DNA from: Eledone cirrhosa
Taxonomy: Eukaryota
DNA: 64,000 nt
Reading direction: 5' to 3'
Assembly (NCBI GenBank): GCA_964016885.1
Contig: OZ024743.1
Span: forward strand, 140,678,001-140,742,000
Position numbers and translations under genes: made by a program. The first letter of the stretch is position 1, and every line of letters begins with the position of its first letter. Shown here one piece after another: positions 59,701 through 64,000 of the stretch. The notes beneath the pieces were generated by a model, which was not told the DNA's origin, searched no databases, and was given only the letters and a program-made list of their open reading frames with translations.

Positions 59701-62700
59701 TCACCAAGCCCCAAGCACCAAACACCAAGCACTCAGCACCATACACCAAACACCAAGCACCAAGCACCCAGAACAAAGCACCAAGCACCAAACACCAAAC
59801 ACCAAACACCAAACACCAAGCACCAAGCACCAGACACCAAGCACCAAGCACCAAGCACCAAGCACCAAAGACCAAGCACCAAGCTCCAAGCACCAAACAC
59901 CAAGCACCAAACACCAAACACCAAGCACCAAGCACCAAACACCAAGCACCAAGCGCCAAACACCAAACTCCAAGCACCAAGCACCAAACACCAAGCACCA
60001 ACCACCAAGCACCAAACACCAAGCACCAGGCACCAAGCACCAAGCACCAAGCACCAAACACCAAGCACCAAGCACCAAACAGCAAACACCAAGCACCAAA
60101 CACCAAACACCAAGCACCAAGCAACAAACACCAAACACCAAGCACCAAACACCAATCACCAAGCCCCAAGCACCAAACACCAAGCACCAAGCACCAAACA
60201 CCAAGCACCAAGCACCAAGCACCATGCACCAAACACCAAGCACCAAGCACCAAACAGCAAACACCAAACAGCAAACACCAAACAGCAAACACCAAACAGC
60301 AAACACCGAACACCAAACACCAAACAGCAAACGCCAAAAAGCAAACGCCAAACTCCAAACGCCAAACAGCAAATGCCAAACCCCAAACGCCAAACAGCAA
60401 ACGCCAAGCACCAAACACCAAACACCAAGCGCCAAGCACCAAACACCAAACACCAAGCACCAAGCACCAAACACCAAACACCAAGCACCAAGTACCAAAC
60501 ACCAAACACCAAGCACCAAACACCAAACAGCAAACGCAAAAAAGCAAACGCCAAACCCCATACGCCAAACAGCAAATGCCAAACCCCAAATGCCAAACAG
60601 CAAACGCCAAGCACCAAACACCAAACACCAAGCGCCAAGCGCCAAGCACCAAGCACCAAGCACCAAGCACCAAGCACCAAACACCAAACACCAAGCACCA
60701 ATCACCAAACACCAAACACCAAGCGCCAAACACCAAACACCAAACACCTAGCACCAATCACCAATCACCAAACAGCAAGCACCAAACGCCAAGCACCAAG
60801 CACCAAGCACCAAGCACCAAGCACCAAACACCAATCACCAAGCCCCAAGCACCAAACACCAAGCACCCAGCACCAAACACCAAACACCAAGCACCAAGCA
60901 CCCAGAACAAAGCACCAAGCACCAAACACCAAGCACCAAGCACCAAGCACCAAGCACCAAACACCAATCACCAAGCCCCAAACACCAAACACCAAGCACC
61001 AAGCACCCAGAACCAAGCACCAAGCACCAAACACCAAACACCAAGCACCAAGCACCAAACACCAAACACCAAGCACCAAGCACCAAGCACCAAGCACCAA
61101 ACACCATACACCAAGCACCAAGGACCAAACACCAAAAACCAATCACCAAGCACCAAAGAGCAAACACCAAGCCCCAAGCACCAAACACCAAACACCAAAC
61201 ACCAAATAGCAAACACTAAACACCAAACACCAAACAGCAAACACAAAACACCAAATAGCAAACACCAAACAGCAAACACCAAACACCAAACAGCAAACAC
61301 CAAACACCAACCAGCAAACACCAACCAGGAAACACCAAACACCAAGCACCAAGCCCCAAGCACCAAACACCAAGCACCAAGCACCAAACACCAAGCACCC
61401 AGCACCAAGCAACAAACACAAAGCACCAATCACCAAGCACCGAGCACCAAGCACCAAGCACCAAGCACCAAACACCAAGCACCAAACACTAAACACCAAG
61501 CACCAAGCACCAATCACCAAACACCAAGCACCAAGCACCAAACACCAAACAGCAAGCACCAAGCACCAAACACCAAACACCAAGTACCAAGCCCAAAGCA
61601 CCAAACACCAAGCACCTAGCAGCAAGCACCAAACACCAAACACCAAGCACCAAGCACCAAGCACCAAGCACCAAGCACCAAGCACCAAGCACCAAACACC
61701 AATCACCAAGCCCCAAGCACCAAACACCAAGCACCAAGCACCAAACACCAAACACCAAGCACCAAGCACCCAGAACCAAGCACCAAGCACCAAACACCAA
61801 ACACCAACCACCAAGCACCAAACACCAAACACCAAGCACCAAGCACCAAGCACCAAGCACCAAACACCAAACACCAAACACCAAACACCAAGGACCAATC
61901 ACCAAACACCAAGCACCAAGCACCAAACACCAAACACCAAACACCTAGCACCAAGCACCAAGCACCAAACACCAAGCACCAAACACCAAGCACCAAGCAC
62001 CAAGCACCAAGCACCAAGCACCAAACACCAATCACCAAGCACCAAGCACCAAACACCAAGCACCCAGCACCATACACCAAACACCAAGCACCAAGCACCC
62101 AGAACAAAGCACCAAGCACCAAACACCAAACACCAAACACCAAACACCAAGCACCAAGCACCAGACACCAAGCACCAAGCACCAAGCACCAAGCACCAAA
62201 GACCAAGCACCAAGCTCCAAGCACCAAACACCAAGCACCAAACACCAAACACCAAGCACCAAGCACCAAACACCAAGCACCAAGCGCCAAACACCAAACT
62301 CCAAGCACCAAGCACCAAACACCAAGCACCAACCACCAAGCACCAAACACCAAGCACCAAACAGCAAACACCAAGCACCAAACACCAAACACCAAGCACC
62401 AAGCAAGAAACACCAAACACCAAGCACCAAACACCAATCACCAAGCCCCAAGCACCAAACACCAAGCACCAAGCACCAAACACCAAGCACCAAGCACCAA
62501 GCACCATGCACCAAACACCAAGCACCAAGCACCAAACAGCAAACACCAAACAGCAAACACCAAACAGCAAACACCAAACAGCAAACACCAAACACCACAC
62601 ACCAAACAGCAAACGCCAAAAAGCAAACGCCAAACTCCAAACACCAAACACCAAGCGCCAAGCACCAAACACCAAACACCAAGCACCAAGCACCAAACAC

Positions 62701-64000
62701 CAAACACCAAGCACCAAGTACCAAACACCAAACACCAAGCACCAAACACCAAACAGCAAACGCAAAAAAGCAAACGCCAAACCCCATACGCCAAACAGCA
62801 AATGCCAAACCCCAAATGCCAAACAGCAAACGCCAAGCACCAAACACCAAACACCAAGCGCCAAGCGCCAAGCACCAAGCACCAAGCACCAAGCACCAAG
62901 CACCAAACACCAAACACCAAGCACCAATCACCAAACACCAAACACCAAGCGCCAAACACCAAACACCAAACACCTAGCACCAATCACCAATCAGCAAACA
63001 GCAAGCACCAAACGCCAAGCACCAAGCACCAAGCACCAAGCACCAAGCACCAAACACCAATCACCAAGCCCCAAGCACCAAACACCAAGCACCCAGCACC
63101 AAACACCAAACACCAAGCACCAAGCACCCAGAACAAAGCACCAAGCACCAAACACCAAGCACCAAGCACCAAGCACCAAGCACCAAACACCAATCACCAA
63201 GCCCCAAACACCAAACACCAAGCACCAAGCACCCAGAACCAAGCACCAAGCACCAAACACCAAACACCAAGCACCAAGCACCAAACACCAAACACCAAGC
63301 ACCAAGCACCAAGCACCAAGCACCAAACACCATACACCAAGCACCAAGGACCAAACACCAAAAACCAATCACCAAGCACCAAAGAGCAAACACCAAGCCC
63401 CAAGCACCAAACACCAAACACCAAACACCAAATAGCAAACACTAAACACCAAACACCAAACAGCAAACACAAAACACCAAATAGCAAACACCAAACAGCA
63501 AACACCAAACACCAAACAGCAAACACCAAACACCAACCAGGAAACACCAACCAGGAAACACCAAACACCAAGCACCAAGCCCCAAGCACCAAACACCAAG
63601 CACCAAGCACCAAACACCAAGCACCATGCACCAAGCACCATGCACCAAACACCAAGCACCAAGCACCAAACAGCAAACACCAAACAGTAAACACCAAACA
63701 CCAAACACCAACCAGCGAACACCAAATACCAAACACCAAACAGCAAACACCAAACAGCAAACACCAAACAGCAAACACCAAACACCAAACACCAAACAGC
63801 AAACGCCAAAAAGCAAACGCCAAACTCCAAACGCCAAACAGCAAACGCCAAGGACCAAACACCAAACACCAAGCACCAAGTACCACACATCAAACACCGA
63901 GCACCAAACACCAAACACCAGGCCCAAACACCAAGCACCAATCACCAAGCACCAAGCACCAAGCAACAAACATAAAGCACCAATCACCAAGCACCGAGCA
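53090..64000. repeat. ~5.67-kb higher-order repeat (2 copies, second truncated by window end), internally a dimer of related ~2.28 and ~3.39 kb subunits
   Basis: Offset 5675 for ORFs 53697/59372, 54549/60224, 55468/61143 and 56831/62506. Internal offsets are 2282 (54549/56831, 60224/62506) and 3393 (56831/60224). Confidence 0.93.

Larger units (their letters stand above)
1..64000. repeat. Heptanucleotide satellite array (CACCAAR)n / (YTTGGTG)n, ~9,100 units, running off both window edges
   Basis: Every line parses into 7-mers CACCAAG or CACCAAA plus 1-2-nt variants (CAGCAAA, CGCCAAA, CACCAAT, CACTAAA, CACCTAG, CCCCAAG etc.). Orientation is the same throughout. The + strand is overwhelmingly A/C and almost T-free. 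Confidence 0.99.

Noticed and set aside
1652-62830. Cassette plus variable intervening sequence as a CRISPR-like array
   Set aside because: The 'spacers' are the same satellite, of very irregular length and duplicated in blocks. There is no palindromic repeat, leader or cas gene.
188-63990. Hundreds of ORFs up to 1,307 aa as protein-coding genes (mucin-like, Pol II CTD-like or membrane proteins)
   Set aside because: They are pure translations of the 7-mer, open in all six frames, with no non-repetitive domain, signal peptide, codon-position bias or preferred frame.
1-64000. Chi-site (GCTGGTGG) array or cyanobacterial STRR heptamer repeats
   Set aside because: The minus-strand unit is GCTTGGT/GTTTGGT, not Chi. 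STRRs have different consensus sequences and are short intergenic tracts, not 64-kb gene-free arrays.
1-64000. Canonical G-quadruplex or hairpin-forming region
   Set aside because: The consensus has only GG doublets (at best weak two-tier G4), GGGG occurs only in scattered variants, and the T-poor strand cannot form stable hairpins.
1-64000. Pure sequencing or basecalling artefact
   Set aside because: Rare variants recur in identical order over kilobases and copies differ by discrete SNPs and whole-unit indels, which random error would not produce. Exact HOR copy numbers could still be mis-assembled.

Overview
The whole 64-kb window is one uninterrupted, single-polarity tandem array of a 7-bp unit, CACCAAG/CACCAAA (minus strand CTTGGTG/TTTGGTG), about 9,100 copies. 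I see no unique sequence, no inversion, and no supportable gene, RNA gene, transposon or CRISPR array. All listed ORFs are translations of the repeat: TKHQAPS-type heptads on + and WCLVLGA-type heptads on -. The information lies in the ordered pattern of variant heptamers, which form conserved multi-unit 'words' such as an 84-bp CG-containing cassette. These words are nested into kb-scale higher-order repeats (HORs) of ~1.42, ~5.8, 2.433, 2.846, ~4.65 and ~5.67 kb (2.28+3.39). The HORs fall into three spatial domains with different variant vocabularies. This looks like a complex simple-sequence satellite, most plausibly eukaryotic centromeric, heterochromatic or recombination-maintained telomeric DNA. 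Organism and function cannot be determined from the sequence alone. Offsets were read by hand from marker motifs and ORF coordinates, and block boundaries are approximate.
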